Of a stretch of DNA of 64,000 bases, positions 1 through 11,116 are shown one piece after another (within the stretch, counting starts at the first letter, position 1; each line of letters opens with the position of its first letter). The stretch covers positions 1 to 64,000 of the IMG/VR virus record IMGVR_UViG_3300020048_006428; one strand, written 5' to 3'. Source of the DNA: a virus (Duplodnaviria > Heunggongvirae > Uroviricota > Caudoviricetes). Both the position numbers and the translations under genes were made by a program. The notes under the pieces are model-generated. The model saw only the letters and a program-made list of their open reading frames with translations, did not search any database and had not been told where the DNA came from.

Positions 1-816
1 TTAAAAATTTTCAATGTAATCTATCATCCTTTCTACAACACCATCAGATAATTCACACATAAAATCCAATGATTGCATATTAGCCTTATAATATTCCATA
101 CCTTGATTTATATAGATTGATTCAACTAAATCATCCGGACAATTCATACCAGAAAATCTACATTGATATACTAATGGCATTATACAATTTCTAACATCCC
201 AAAATTGATCCCCAATATCAGGTGCTTTATCACCATAATCATTTGCACCATTATCACCTTGTGCTATAAATCCAGCCCATTTACCTTCTAAATGATTTTT
301 TAATAGATGTTTATTCTTACCTGATAATTCTGATCTACCTGTTAATTTAGAATCTTTAGTATTACCTTTTCCAAAAAGATTAACTGCTTGATCTTTTGTC
401 AATGTTAGATTTGAACAAACTAATCTATCAAACATAGCCTTAACTTGACTTGATACCGAATACCAATGAATTGGTGTTATAACTATAAAACCATCACAAT
501 TTTCCAATCTTTTATAAACATCTTCATCATGCATTAAATCTGGAGCTTTATCTGAATTTGGTGAATAGCAATCACAATACCAATGACAATGCATACCACC
601 AGAAGTTGATACACAGCCTTTACATGGTTGTATTATTTTTTCACCGACTGATAAATTTATAACATCAAAATCTGCAAATGGCATCCATTTATCAATTAAA
701 TATTTTGCTAATTTTTCTGATTTAGAAATTTGGTTTGCACAAGAATTTATTTTTCTTGGAGAACCTTGTATAATTAATATTTTTGGTTTTTTTACCTTTA
801 ACTTTCTAATTTTCAT
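1..816 (-). CDS. Flavodoxin family / NADPH-dependent FMN reductase (iron-sulfur flavoprotein-like)
   Basis: IIQGSPR FMN loop, Cys cluster PCKGC...HCHWYCDC, TPIHWYSVSSQVKAMFDRL motif. Confidence 0.8.
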   Translation of the reverse strand: MKIRKLKVKKPKILIIQGSPRKINSCANQISKSEKLAKYLIDKWMPFADFDVINLSVGEKIIQPCKGCVSTSGGMHCHWYCDCYSPNSDKAPDLMHDEDVYKRLENCDGFIVITPIHWYSVSSQVKAMFDRLVCSNLTLTKDQAVNLFGKGNTKDSKLTGRSELSGKNKHLLKNHLEGKWAGFIAQGDNGANDYGDKAPDIGDQFWDVRNCIMPLVYQCRFSGMNCPDDLVESIYINQGMEYYKANMQSLDFMCELSDGVVERMIDYIENF

Positions 817-820
817 AATT

Positions 821-844
821 TATATATTAAATTTTTAATATATA
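821..844. promoter_or_regulatory. Back-to-back putative late promoters TTAATATATA (minus 821-830, plus 835-844)
   Basis: Same 10-mer lies just upstream of starts at 7805-7814(-), 10768-10777(-), 11085, 15219, 18813-18822(-), 20092, 24141, 27242-27251(-), 27513, 29412, 32346, 37749, 40079-40088(-), 41002-41011(-), 42398, 51478, 55243, 63115-63124(-); resembles the T4 late box TATAAATA. Confidence 0.7.
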
Positions 845-868
845 AATATAAATATTATAATTTTTTAT

Positions 869-2527
869 ATGAAATGGATTAAATCAAGACAAAAATATAT
901 AAACGAAGCTAAAATAGGGGATGTTATTTTACCATCACAGAAAAAAGAAGTAGCAAGTTATTGGGGTGAAAAATATTTAGATTTGGAAGAAGTTGAACCA
1001 ACTAAGAATATAATACAAGGTAAATGGAAATTATCACAAGAAGATAAAATAGAAGCGTTAAATTCATTTTTTAGTATTAATTTAGATTATATGTATGCTA
1101 AATTAGCGGATTTACCAAAACAATTTGCTGATGTTATGAAAAATTCAATTGATGAAAAATCAGTTGATAAGACCAAATTTAATATAAGTGAATTTGATAT
1201 AAACCAACCAACTATAAATCAAATTTCATTATTGAACGAATCAATATTCAAAAAGATTACTGTTAGTGAATCAACAGCAGATGAAGTAATAGTAAGAGAT
1301 GATAATGGAAGACCTTTAATGGACGAAAATAATAGACCAAAGAAAAGAAAAAGAAATAAAGATGAAGTTATATTTAGTAAAAATTTAGTAAATATAAATG
1401 TCTTAATTGAAGATTATAATAAAGTATTCACAAATCATACTATTGATGCATCATTTTTTAATAGTGGTGATATACAAAAAATAATAAATCTATACTGGAC
1501 AGATTTAAATAATGGAAAATTTTCAACAAATATTGATGTATTTGAAAACGATTTATACTTAAAAATAGACCATAATCCAAAGGATATATTAAATATGTCA
1601 ATTTCTAGATTTTTCATTTCTTGCCAACACCTTTACACAGGCGGATATAGAAGTCAATTACTATCAAATGTATTTGACCCAAATACAATACCCGCATTTT
1701 TAGTATTTGATACCCCTATAATGGAAGGTAATCAAGTAATATCAGAACAATTACCATTATGTAGAATGTTAATAAGGGATGTAAATACTGAATATGATGA
1801 TTATGTTGACAAAGATGGAATTTACTTTGATAGAGTTTATCCTGATAGAATGGAAACTGTTATGAATTCAATAGTTACAGACTATAGCGGAAATGAAAAT
1901 ACATATAGTGATAGTAGATATATATTTATGCCAGATTTACCATTTGATTATGATTTAAGTGAACCTTATATGGATAGATTATCAATACGAAATAAAAAAA
2001 TGATTGGAATTAATACCAAAAGATTAGATATAAGTAGTATATATGATTGGAATAATACGTATATATCAAAAAATAATTCTATAAAAGAATTAATAATATC
2101 ATCATTAAATTTACCTGATAATATCTTTAAGTTAAATTTAGATTTAGATTGGATTATAATAAAATACATTCATATAAAATCATTATCTAATTTTGATAAA
2201 ATTAAAGCAAAAAGTTGGTCATTTGAAAAATGTATAATTGATGTAGAAGCAATTGATACCCTATATAATAATAATTCAGATTTAACTAAACTTAAATTTA
2301 TAAATTGTGAAGTTTCAAATTTGGACTTATCAAAATTTGAAACTTTAGAAGAATTACATTTAATATATACAATTGATGATAGCAAGGAAGTTGAAAATAT
2401 AATTAATAATTCAAAACTTAAAAAATTAGTCATTTCAACTGATTTAATGAGTACAAAAGAAGAAAAAAATTACTTTAATTCTTTAAAGAAACATATTAAA
2501 ATAGAAACATTTGGACCTAAAATATGA
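869..2527 (+). CDS. Hypothetical protein with capsid-targeting-like leader, diverged SC..DR.Y..PYMD domain and C-terminal LRR-like region
   Basis: MKWIKSRQKYINE leader; SCQHLY...YFDRVYP...PYMD; LxxLxxxxC spacing at C-terminus. Confidence 0.55.
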   Translation: MKWIKSRQKYINEAKIGDVILPSQKKEVASYWGEKYLDLEEVEPTKNIIQGKWKLSQEDKIEALNSFFSINLDYMYAKLADLPKQFADVMKNSIDEKSVDKTKFNISEFDINQPTINQISLLNESIFKKITVSESTADEVIVRDDNGRPLMDENNRPKKRKRNKDEVIFSKNLVNINVLIEDYNKVFTNHTIDASFFNSGDIQKIINLYWTDLNNGKFSTNIDVFENDLYLKIDHNPKDILNMSISRFFISCQHLYTGGYRSQLLSNVFDPNTIPAFLVFDTPIMEGNQVISEQLPLCRMLIRDVNTEYDDYVDKDGIYFDRVYPDRMETVMNSIVTDYSGNENTYSDSRYIFMPDLPFDYDLSEPYMDRLSIRNKKMIGINTKRLDISSIYDWNNTYISKNNSIKELIISSLNLPDNIFKLNLDLDWIIIKYIHIKSLSNFDKIKAKSWSFEKCIIDVEAIDTLYNNNSDLTKLKFINCEVSNLDLSKFETLEELHLIYTIDDSKEVENIINNSKLKKLVISTDLMSTKEEKNYFNSLKKHIKIETFGPKI

Positions 2528-3972
2528 AATATATAACAAATTTTAATTTATTTTCAATAAATGAAAGTATAAAATCAGATAAAATAACAAATACTTTAAA
2601 TTTTCTATCAAAAGATGGTAAAACAAAATTTTTAAGTGAACTTAAAAGTATATTAAATTCTATTGACTATCCATTATCTGAAATATCAGATGATTTTATT
2701 CAATATTTACCATTAAATAAAGCTAAAAAATTAACAAGTTATAGTGAATATTATTCAGATTCAATATACCAATGGGTAAAATTCTGGTTTAATGTAGATG
2801 GTAATTTTGTTGATAGAACCATAACTAAAAAGACTGATAATGATAGGTATAAAAATACCCTTAATTATGCAAAATCTTATAATAATTCAATTTACCAATA
2901 TTTTGAGAAAAATCCATATTTATATTTAGAAGAAGTACCAGGTTATAATGTTAAAATAAATGATTTAGTAGTAGTAAAAGTTACAAGTACAGATTATAAG
3001 TTTGGATACTACAAATATCTTGAATCAGAAGATTTTTATTATATACAAGAATATGGAACAGAAAACGAAGAACTATCTGACGAAGATTGCTTGGTTCACA
3101 AAGTTAAATCATATGATGACTATTATACAATAGTAGATGGGGGTAATAAACCTCTTAAAGATTATAGAATGGATTATGGTTTATCACATTCTGGATATGG
3201 AAACACTAAAATAGATGATGCTAATTTTGCATTAGTGATAAATATTGATAAATTAATAGGTTCTGATTATAAAAGAAAAGGTGAAATTGAATATAATAGA
3301 TCACGTAGTAAGGAAAATGCTTTAGCTTTAAAATCTAACAGAGATATACAATTTTCAAATTTAAAAAGATATATTAGTAAAATACTAGTTAAATATACAG
3401 ATAGTGATTTAACTAATTTAGATTTAAATGATTTTTTATTACGTTGCTTAGGATATAGATATATAGGTTTATTTATTTTAACAAATAAATATAGAAATTT
3501 AAATGAACTTATAAGATCACTTATAACATATTTAGAAGATAATGATGATTATTATAAAAGAAAAACGATTAATAACTTAAGAGAATCAATTGATGATTCT
3601 TATACATATATAAACAATGCAAATATAACATTTGATTATGCAAGAATAAATCTTAAAAATAAAAAATTAGAATTATTTAATAAAATTGAAGAATTATCTA
3701 AAGTATTCTATGAATATTTCAAAAAAATAAAAATTGATGATATTAGTGATCTTGAATTAATTTATTATAAAATCAAAACTATACATAATTATTACCAAGA
3801 TTCTACTAAAACGATGCAATTTTCAAATAATAATTATATTATGAACTATGCTTTTAATAGTGACCAAAAAAGTTTATATGGTATTATTAATGAAATAGAT
3901 GATAAAACAATTGATAAAATTATTATAGATATTAATCATCTTATTAAACTAATAAAAAATGGAAGATTTTAA
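2524..3972 (+). CDS. Hypothetical protein, putative internal virion protein
   Basis: 482 aa ORF, ATGA overlap with upstream gene, leader MKYITNFNLFSINES. Confidence 0.55.
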   Translation: MKYITNFNLFSINESIKSDKITNTLNFLSKDGKTKFLSELKSILNSIDYPLSEISDDFIQYLPLNKAKKLTSYSEYYSDSIYQWVKFWFNVDGNFVDRTITKKTDNDRYKNTLNYAKSYNNSIYQYFEKNPYLYLEEVPGYNVKINDLVVVKVTSTDYKFGYYKYLESEDFYYIQEYGTENEELSDEDCLVHKVKSYDDYYTIVDGGNKPLKDYRMDYGLSHSGYGNTKIDDANFALVINIDKLIGSDYKRKGEIEYNRSRSKENALALKSNRDIQFSNLKRYISKILVKYTDSDLTNLDLNDFLLRCLGYRYIGLFILTNKYRNLNELIRSLITYLEDNDDYYKRKTINNLRESIDDSYTYINNANITFDYARINLKNKKLELFNKIEELSKVFYEYFKKIKIDDISDLELIYYKIKTIHNYYQDSTKTMQFSNNNYIMNYAFNSDQKSLYGIINEIDDKTIDKIIIDINHLIKLIKNGRF

Positions 3973-3988
3973 AATCTTCCATTTTTTA
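3953..3988. terminator. Bidirectional intrinsic terminator
   Basis: Perfect inverted repeat aaaaaatggaagatttt/aaaatcttccatttttt between convergent genes. Confidence 0.75.
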
Positions 3989-3990
3989 TT

Positions 3991-6801
3991 TTATATCCCT
4001 ATAACATCAATTTTATTTATATTACCTATATAATCAGGCCCTACTGTTATTCTCAATAACACATAACCACCAGAATATTCTGTTCCCTTTATACCAAAAT
4101 CAATCATCCAATCATCACCTGAACTTACAGGCAAATCACCTGATAAACAACCACTACCATCACTATATATACCATCAAATGGTTTAGTTGAATCTAACCA
4201 ACCAGTAACAGCACCATTTGATTGTGTTCCACCCGGAACAACACCTGTTGAATATGGTATTTTAATTTCTAACCAAGCATCTGTATTTGGATTAATTGCA
4301 CCTGGATTAGATAAATTTATATAACTATTAATAAAATTAGTATCTTCATAATAAACATTCAATTTCAATTTTGTGTAGTTATAGCTACCTAAATTAAACC
4401 ACCTTGTATATGATCTATAATTGGTTGCGGGAGAACTTGAATATGTTCCAATACCTGTGTTTATAGTAAAGCAATTATTGTAGTTCCTAGACGAACCTAA
4501 TCCATAATTTGGATTTGTTGTTATGTCACCAGGTCCAGTATTAGAAAAATTAAAATTCGGATAAACCAACATACCATTAATTACCTGTAAACCATTATAA
4601 TTATCTATATCTGTTAATAAACTATAACTTGATGTCCAACTATTTGATAAAATTTCAGTTGTTAAATGATATGAATTATATTTATCACTTTTGTTTAATA
4701 ATCTATAATCTTCATCTGAAAAACTTTCAGAAAAAGAGCTTGACATTGGTCCATAATTATCAATAAACCAATTATCAGTTGATACATTTGTTCCTTGTGA
4801 TGTTCCACCTAAGAATGTTCCTTGAACTGTTCTTAGAATCGTCATAGCAAATCCAACACTATCATTTATCCTTCTCACATTTTCAATTAATGAAAATGTC
4901 ATTGATGATAACATAACAGCAGTTGGATCATATGCACCAGAAACAATCAATGGACTATATTGATTAATAGGTTCAAATATACTTGTAGTTGCACTATTAG
5001 TTTCTGTATTAGTTACACTATTAGTTACACCTGATATAGCAACTGATACATCTCTATATTCAACTGCACTATTAGAATTATTATAAGTATTATTAAAAGC
5101 ATTTTGAATTGTTGAATCATATACAAAATACAAATTGTTATAATATTCAATACCTGATATATATACTGTTGATATAGTAACAACACTTATTTCAGGTGTA
5201 GCAACACTTATATCTAATACACTATCATCTGATACAAATTCATATCTATCTAAAATATACGAATCATGATTAACCACTAAATAATTATAACCAGAAACAA
5301 TATTACCATTATCATTTTTTATTAAATATGTTCCTGTTCTATTTTGATACATATCAAAGTTATTTCCATTTATAAATTTAGATGCTGTTGCAATTGATAT
5401 ATCTAAACCTGATGTAGCACCAGCTAATGTTGTATCTACAGCACCACCAGTTAATCCAATTGATGATATGGTTATTCCATTCAACATTAAAGAAATTGTT
5501 CCGCTATTGGCATATCCAAATGAATATGTTGCGTAAGCTTGATTATAAGGAACATCTATATTTAATATACCTGATATATCACTATAATAAGCAGTTCCTG
5601 TTATTGGTTGAATAACTTTTGATGTTATCCCTAATCTATATGAAGAATCTAAATTTGAATATGTTTCACCCTTTGCAACAGAACCATATGGTGATTGTGT
5701 TGCTGTAACTAATGAACCTGATGTTGAATTATCAAAAGATAAACTACCATTTACAAAACTACCAACTGACGACCAACTTGATAATGTAGGTGACATTGGT
5801 GGAACTAAATTTTTAAGTAATTCATTGAATCTATCTATTGGTGTTCCAATTAAAGTAGATGTTGTAAAATCTATATATAAACCATCTGTATAATCACCAT
5901 CTTCTGCTGGTCCTATTGTAGTTGTTGATGATGATGGTAATACTGTTTGTAATACACCATTATTATAAATTAATTGATAAACTATATTAGGAACAATATC
6001 ATTTGATGTTAAACTATTTAAATTATTATTTTCTAGTTTTTTAATTTCAATGTGGTTCAAAGAATCAACACTAATAGATGACGTTCCAGAAGAAGTCATA
6101 CTAAATTCTACATAAAATATATTATTTTCATATAAATCAATTGGTGTTTGACTTGATGTTGCAGAAAATGACATCCCATCAACACTATCAGCATTTACAT
6201 ATCTAATTTGATTTAAATATTCCTTATACCAATTTCCACTTGAAAATGTACCTTGATATTTATATAATACATTTGGTTTATCATCAATTCTAATTGTAGT
6301 CCCATTGTTTGGTTCACTAAAGGTAAATGAAGATAACAAAGTGCTATATATTGCAATTTTCCCATCTTGTCCAGCAAATACACCTATTCCACTATCATCA
6401 ACTAAATATCTATAACCATCTGTTAATGTTATTGGTGATGTAGCTAATTCTTGAACTGAATCTAACCATTCAGATGTAACATTATAATTCAATGAATCAG
6501 ATGGATTATAATCAATCCAATTACTATTATCTAATATATTTGTGTTTACATAATTATATTGTAATATATAACTTTTATTATTTGATGATGTAGTGTCATT
6601 ATATACAGTACAAATCATACCCCAATCTCTTCTATTTTCAATAATAGAATCTCTTTCGGATAATAATTCATAAGTATGATGACCACCTTTTATTTCATTT
6701 GAAAATACAGTTGCTATACTTTCATTAGGTCCAGCAGGTCTAATTGGTGAAATTATTATAGTACCATTATAATTACCATAGCTATTTGTTGCGTAAGACA
6801 T
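3991..6801 (-). CDS. Putative virion structural protein (tail fibre/baseplate-type, beta-rich)
   Basis: 936 aa, rich in S/T/G/N, low in Lys; in late-promoter operon with 6818-7786. Confidence 0.55.
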   Translation of the reverse strand: MSYATNSYGNYNGTIIISPIRPAGPNESIATVFSNEIKGGHHTYELLSERDSIIENRRDWGMICTVYNDTTSSNNKSYILQYNYVNTNILDNSNWIDYNPSDSLNYNVTSEWLDSVQELATSPITLTDGYRYLVDDSGIGVFAGQDGKIAIYSTLLSSFTFSEPNNGTTIRIDDKPNVLYKYQGTFSSGNWYKEYLNQIRYVNADSVDGMSFSATSSQTPIDLYENNIFYVEFSMTSSGTSSISVDSLNHIEIKKLENNNLNSLTSNDIVPNIVYQLIYNNGVLQTVLPSSSTTTIGPAEDGDYTDGLYIDFTTSTLIGTPIDRFNELLKNLVPPMSPTLSSWSSVGSFVNGSLSFDNSTSGSLVTATQSPYGSVAKGETYSNLDSSYRLGITSKVIQPITGTAYYSDISGILNIDVPYNQAYATYSFGYANSGTISLMLNGITISSIGLTGGAVDTTLAGATSGLDISIATASKFINGNNFDMYQNRTGTYLIKNDNGNIVSGYNYLVVNHDSYILDRYEFVSDDSVLDISVATPEISVVTISTVYISGIEYYNNLYFVYDSTIQNAFNNTYNNSNSAVEYRDVSVAISGVTNSVTNTETNSATTSIFEPINQYSPLIVSGAYDPTAVMLSSMTFSLIENVRRINDSVGFAMTILRTVQGTFLGGTSQGTNVSTDNWFIDNYGPMSSSFSESFSDEDYRLLNKSDKYNSYHLTTEILSNSWTSSYSLLTDIDNYNGLQVINGMLVYPNFNFSNTGPGDITTNPNYGLGSSRNYNNCFTINTGIGTYSSSPATNYRSYTRWFNLGSYNYTKLKLNVYYEDTNFINSYINLSNPGAINPNTDAWLEIKIPYSTGVVPGGTQSNGAVTGWLDSTKPFDGIYSDGSGCLSGDLPVSSGDDWMIDFGIKGTEYSGGYVLLRITVGPDYIGNINKIDVIGI

Positions 6802-6817
6802 TTTTAATATTTATTTT

Positions 6818-7786
6818 TTAAATTATTACATATGTTAATGTATTTGATGCTTGAATATAATTAAATCTCCATACATCATAACTTGCAGTATAGCCCCACT
6901 GATTTGTAAATACTACACCATTTCTAGTTTTAACCCAATCATTATTAGCAAATCCATTTACATATACTTTAGGTGGAAATTGAACTAAATCAACAACATT
7001 TGAAGGCCAAATAAAGAATACATAATCATTATTTGATGTTATTGTTCTTGATTGTATATATCCACTTAATAAATCACTACTCAATGAGTTTATATCTGAA
7101 TATGAAAATGTTGAAGATGATATAGTAGCTAATGGACTTGATGATGATATTGTTCCCCAAAATCTTGATAATGAATAACTAACAGTAACTGTTATAATAT
7201 TATTACCACCAGTATTTGGAATTATAAATGTATCTAAATCATTTACGCTAAATGTAAAAGTATTTATTGTATTAGTAACTAATTGATTTGAACCAAACGA
7301 TCCACTTGCTGAACCAAAAGAAGTAGGTGTAGATACACTTTGTGCTGCTTGTAATGGTCTATATATATTACTACTTACTATATCATTTTTCTTAGCTTGA
7401 ATTGACCAAGATAATACTACATCTTGTGTATTACCATATTCTATTACACTTGGATTTGATGATAATGATATTATAGGTGCTATATATGGATATAACATTT
7501 GATCAAATAAATCTTGAATAGTTATATTACTGAATGTTGAATTTATAGTTAAACCACCAACTTCAACTGTTGATAATTCAGTATTTGTATATGAAATACT
7601 TGCAGAAGCTATTGTTGTAACTGAACTACTTAATCCTGTTAATTGATCCCATAGACCAGCAACAACATCTCTAACTTGCTGTGCTGTAATTTGATTGGCT
7701 GTATTATCAGGTAGAACTGACAACATCCCATATATTTCTGGTATTGCAACCGCATATGTAGCTGAACCCGATACTCCGTATGTCAT
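6818..7786 (-). CDS. Putative virion structural protein (Ig-like)
   Basis: S/T-rich; LPDNTANQITAQQVRD and PYIAPIISLS segments; TTAATATATA upstream. Confidence 0.55.
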   Translation of the reverse strand: MTYGVSGSATYAVAIPEIYGMLSVLPDNTANQITAQQVRDVVAGLWDQLTGLSSSVTTIASASISYTNTELSTVEVGGLTINSTFSNITIQDLFDQMLYPYIAPIISLSSNPSVIEYGNTQDVVLSWSIQAKKNDIVSSNIYRPLQAAQSVSTPTSFGSASGSFGSNQLVTNTINTFTFSVNDLDTFIIPNTGGNNIITVTVSYSLSRFWGTISSSSPLATISSSTFSYSDINSLSSDLLSGYIQSRTITSNNDYVFFIWPSNVVDLVQFPPKVYVNGFANNDWVKTRNGVVFTNQWGYTASYDVWRFNYIQASNTLTYVII

Positions 7787-7857
7787 AATAAATTTTATTT
7801 TATTTATATATTAAAAATAGAGATCTAAAAAAATAATAAATAAAATAAAAATCTATT

Positions 7858-8100
7858 ATGGATGAATTTAAAAAAAATATTTTAATTCAATTGGAAAATG
7901 AATATGATAAAATATTTGATATTGTTTATAAAAAAATTGAAAAAGATGTTAAATGCAAAAATTTCATGTCTTATTATTATGACATGAAATTTGATGCTAA
8001 AATTGAATTGGTATTAATAATTAAGAATTTGGAAAAAGAAAGTTTTAACTTGGATAAGGAATTAAAAAAAGTTTTAATTATTCTTTTTAGAATGATTTAA
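7858..8100 (+). CDS. Hypothetical protein
   Basis: 80 aa ORF with A-rich upstream region. Confidence 0.4.
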   Translation: MDEFKKNILIQLENEYDKIFDIVYKKIEKDVKCKNFMSYYYDMKFDAKIELVLIIKNLEKESFNLDKELKKVLIILFRMI

Positions 8101-8210
8101 TGTTTTTAAAAAATAAAAGCTAATTCTCTACAATCATCTATTTCATCTAATCATAGACGCATACCCTATCATCTGTGAATTGAGGTAGACTTGATTATTA
8201 ATTTTAATTA

Positions 8211-8837
8211 CTAAAAAATAATTTCTTCTGATAGAACTCCCATATACTTAAATTCTTTGTAGATACCATTAGATTTTTCACTTAAATTAAAAACCAAAGT
8301 TTCATCATTGACCCTTATTGGTACAACATTTGGAACTTCACTAAATTTTACTGATTGGAACTTAGTAGATAGTAATTCACAAATCTCCTTAAATAAAATT
8401 TCACCAACGAATAAATCATAACGATTACCTTGATTAAGCTCACGATACTTATCACCTAATTGGAAAGCAATTTCATTATTAAGTAAAAAGTCAATCTTAC
8501 TATCTCTCACTTCCAGTTTACTACCTTCAAATTTAAGGATATCAGTTGAAAAAGACCAACTTACATAGATTGAATCCCAAGTAAAATCATACTTATAAAT
8601 CTTATCATTATGAGTGTAGTATACTGTCCAGCAATCCTTACCCCATTTCAATTTAGATGGTATCTTTTCACGAATTTCTTGAATAAGATATATTCTCTTC
8701 ACACTTTGAATGCCACTTCTTTCTTTCAGTCTTTTGTAGATAGAGTGGAGTTCAGATATAGTTCTTTTCTTACGAGGTAATTTTGTATACATAACATCAT
8801 CGTCATAGACGAGGTTATAAGGAGTATTTAATTTCAT
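8211..8837 (-). CDS. Hypothetical protein (start re-assigned to ATG 8837)
   Basis: Host-type promoter lies inside the longer ORF call; contains RDSKIDFLL motif. Confidence 0.6.
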   Translation of the reverse strand: MKLNTPYNLVYDDDVMYTKLPRKKRTISELHSIYKRLKERSGIQSVKRIYLIQEIREKIPSKLKWGKDCWTVYYTHNDKIYKYDFTWDSIYVSWSFSTDILKFEGSKLEVRDSKIDFLLNNEIAFQLGDKYRELNQGNRYDLFVGEILFKEICELLSTKFQSVKFSEVPNVVPIRVNDETLVFNLSEKSNGIYKEFKYMGVLSEEIIF

Positions 8838-8864
8838 TATATTTCTATTTTTTTTGTTTATATA

Positions 8865-8895
8865 CAAATATAAGGTAATAATTTGTATAAACAAA
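8865..8895 (-). promoter_or_regulatory. Bacteroidota primary-sigma promoter (TTTG -33, TAnnTTTG -7)
   Basis: Minus strand TTTG (8892-8895), 19-nt spacer, TATATTTG (8865-8872). Confidence 0.65.
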
Positions 8896-9113
8896 AAAAA
8901 TAGAAATATAATTTACTTCTATTTTCTAAGTCCATTCATCATTTAGAATATAATCATCAATCTGTATTAGATTTAGCCGAGATGATTATCCAAAGTGGAT
9001 ATAGAAATGTTGTTAAAACAGGTATTATAGCTTCACATTTGTTGGACTAGCTATTCTTCACCATCTATACAATCTATAAGTCCATCAACATTCTAATGTT
9101 CCAATTAAATTTT

Positions 9114-9665
9114 TTATGCAAATTGTAAAGGCGTATAAGTCTTTATGTCTTTAGTACCACTTTCAGTACCCAAAACATCTAAAGGATTATTTTCTTGTAT
9201 CTTTTTAGATTTTTCTTTGAATTCTTTAAATTGATCCTCATTGAAAACTAAAACCCTACTTTGTCCAGTCTTATTACTTTGTGTTTCTTCTGATGATTCT
9301 TTTACCCTTATTGAATAAAATTTAGACGTATTCACCTTTGACTTCAATATATTGAATATTAATTCTTCTTCAACATCTTTGTCTTTAAATTTAAGTCCTA
9401 ATTTTCTACGGAGTGATTTAAACCAACCTTCATTTTCTACTTTTTCATAATCAGATACTGATATAGTATACTTAATTTTAACTTTTTCTGTTTCTCCACT
9501 ATCTTCAAAATCTTTTTTCAATTTTATTGAATCGTAAATCTGAAAAGCTTTACTGCCCAACCAACACAAGAGTGAAGTAAGAGCTAAACCAATTATAGGT
9601 CCTATAATTAAATCAAATTCTTCATTGATAGAATTAAAATCCTTATATTTTTTAATATGTTTCAT
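9114..9665 (-). CDS. Hypothetical membrane protein with capsid-targeting-like leader
   Basis: MKHIKKYKDFNSINEE followed by hydrophobic IIGPIIGLALTSLLCWLG. Confidence 0.6.
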   Translation of the reverse strand: MKHIKKYKDFNSINEEFDLIIGPIIGLALTSLLCWLGSKAFQIYDSIKLKKDFEDSGETEKVKIKYTISVSDYEKVENEGWFKSLRRKLGLKFKDKDVEEELIFNILKSKVNTSKFYSIRVKESSEETQSNKTGQSRVLVFNEDQFKEFKEKSKKIQENNPLDVLGTESGTKDIKTYTPLQFA

Positions 9666-10022
9666 ATATAAATTATTTTTTAATATATATATAAAAAAAA
9701 TAAAACCAATTTATGAAAATGATAATTAAAAAACGTAATCCAGAAGAAATAAAAATTTTCTATATGAAAAATCTACACAAAGTAAAATTTCAAGAAAAAA
9801 CAAAATCTAAAGAAAAAATCCAAGTAAAAGTAGAAACATATGTAAAAAAATAAAAAATAGTGCGTATTTTAATGCAACTAGTTTGCTCTAATGATTCAAT
9901 GTGAAACATATGGATTTGACTCAGAAGAAGTTAAAAAATTGACCGATAGTTTTGTAATTAATTTTCATTTAATTTTTTCATATTTATAATTTATATTATA
10001 TATATCATGATGTTGCACTTTT

Positions 10023-10745
10023 TTAGATTTCCCAAATGTGATAACCATCAAATTTATCTATATACTTTATTTTATCAGTATTTAGATTCTTAGTTGATTT
10101 CTTATCTTTTATAAGATTAGATATTATTTTTATTACATTTTCTTTTGATATCTTATCTTTTAAAATACTTAATAGTTTTTCTTTATCAATAAATTCAGAA
10201 ATCCATAATCGCATATCAACACCAATATCAACACCATCTATTTTTGATATGTTTAAAACTTTTGATTCTACTTCTTTAGTTAAGGAATCTAATATGTTTT
10301 TGTTTATACTTTCGATTTCACTATTAGAATATATTATAGCAGAAAACTTATCACTAAAATCATTTATTGAATATAAATGTAAGTTTTCATCTGAACATTC
10401 AATATTACCTAAACTTGTGTTATAATAATCAGCCAATACTTTTTCGTGTTCTACACTTGATATATTTATTTCTAAAACTGATTCGTTTATATATGAAAAG
10501 TTTTCAAATTTTAATACTTTATCAATTTCCATATTTTTCCTATGCTCAATTACATCATTTAATACTTTATCAATTCCATATACATCTGATAATCCACTAT
10601 CTTCTAAAAATGATTCTTTATTTTTATTAATATATTTATATACTTCATTTGGTCTTATTTTATATTTGTCAATATAAATATCAATTAAACTATTTATTTT
10701 TTCATAGAATTGATTGGCTTCTTCTCTATTTGTAATTTGTCTCAT
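10023..10745 (-). CDS. Hypothetical protein with internal KFENF..INE motif
   Basis: 240 aa ORF, late motif upstream, KVLKFENFSYINES internally. Confidence 0.6.
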   Translation of the reverse strand: MRQITNREEANQFYEKINSLIDIYIDKYKIRPNEVYKYINKNKESFLEDSGLSDVYGIDKVLNDVIEHRKNMEIDKVLKFENFSYINESVLEINISSVEHEKVLADYYNTSLGNIECSDENLHLYSINDFSDKFSAIIYSNSEIESINKNILDSLTKEVESKVLNISKIDGVDIGVDMRLWISEFIDKEKLLSILKDKISKENVIKIISNLIKDKKSTKNLNTDKIKYIDKFDGYHIWEI

Positions 10746-10872
10746 ATAAATTATATATGTTTTTTATTATATATTAAAAAAATCCTTGTAAAAAATCCAT
10801 TATTTACTAAAACTTATTTTAAAATAATCATATATATAATCATAACAATAAAAAATAAAAAATAAAAAACAC

Positions 10873-11031
10873 ATGAAAAAATTATTATTCGTTCTTACAG
10901 TATTTACAATTTTTATGGCATCTTGCCAGACACCAGCTGCAACTGATGCAACAGAAACAACTACTGATTCTGTTAAAGTTGAAGTAACAGTTGATTCAAC
11001 TAAAGTTGATACTGCAAAAGTTAAGAAATAA
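10873..11031 (+). CDS. Small lipoprotein (not in ORF track)
   Basis: MKKLLFVLTVFTIFMASC lipobox then QTPAATDATETTTDSVKVEVTVDSTKVDTAKVKK; followed by terminator. Confidence 0.75.
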   Translation: MKKLLFVLTVFTIFMASCQTPAATDATETTTDSVKVEVTVDSTKVDTAKVKK

Positions 11032-11049
11032 AAACAATTTCTTTAAAAT

Positions 11050-11080
11050 AAAAAAGCCAGAATTTATTTCTGGCTTTTTT
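11050..11080 (+). terminator. Intrinsic terminator
   Basis: aaaaaagccagaa-tttat-ttctggctttttt. Confidence 0.75.
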
Positions 11081-11116
11081 ATTTTTAATATATACAATAA
11101 ATATAAAAGTATTTAA

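Noticed and set aside
8930-9110. Intergenic stretch as ncRNA
   Set aside because: No convincing stems; looks like decayed coding sequence with stops
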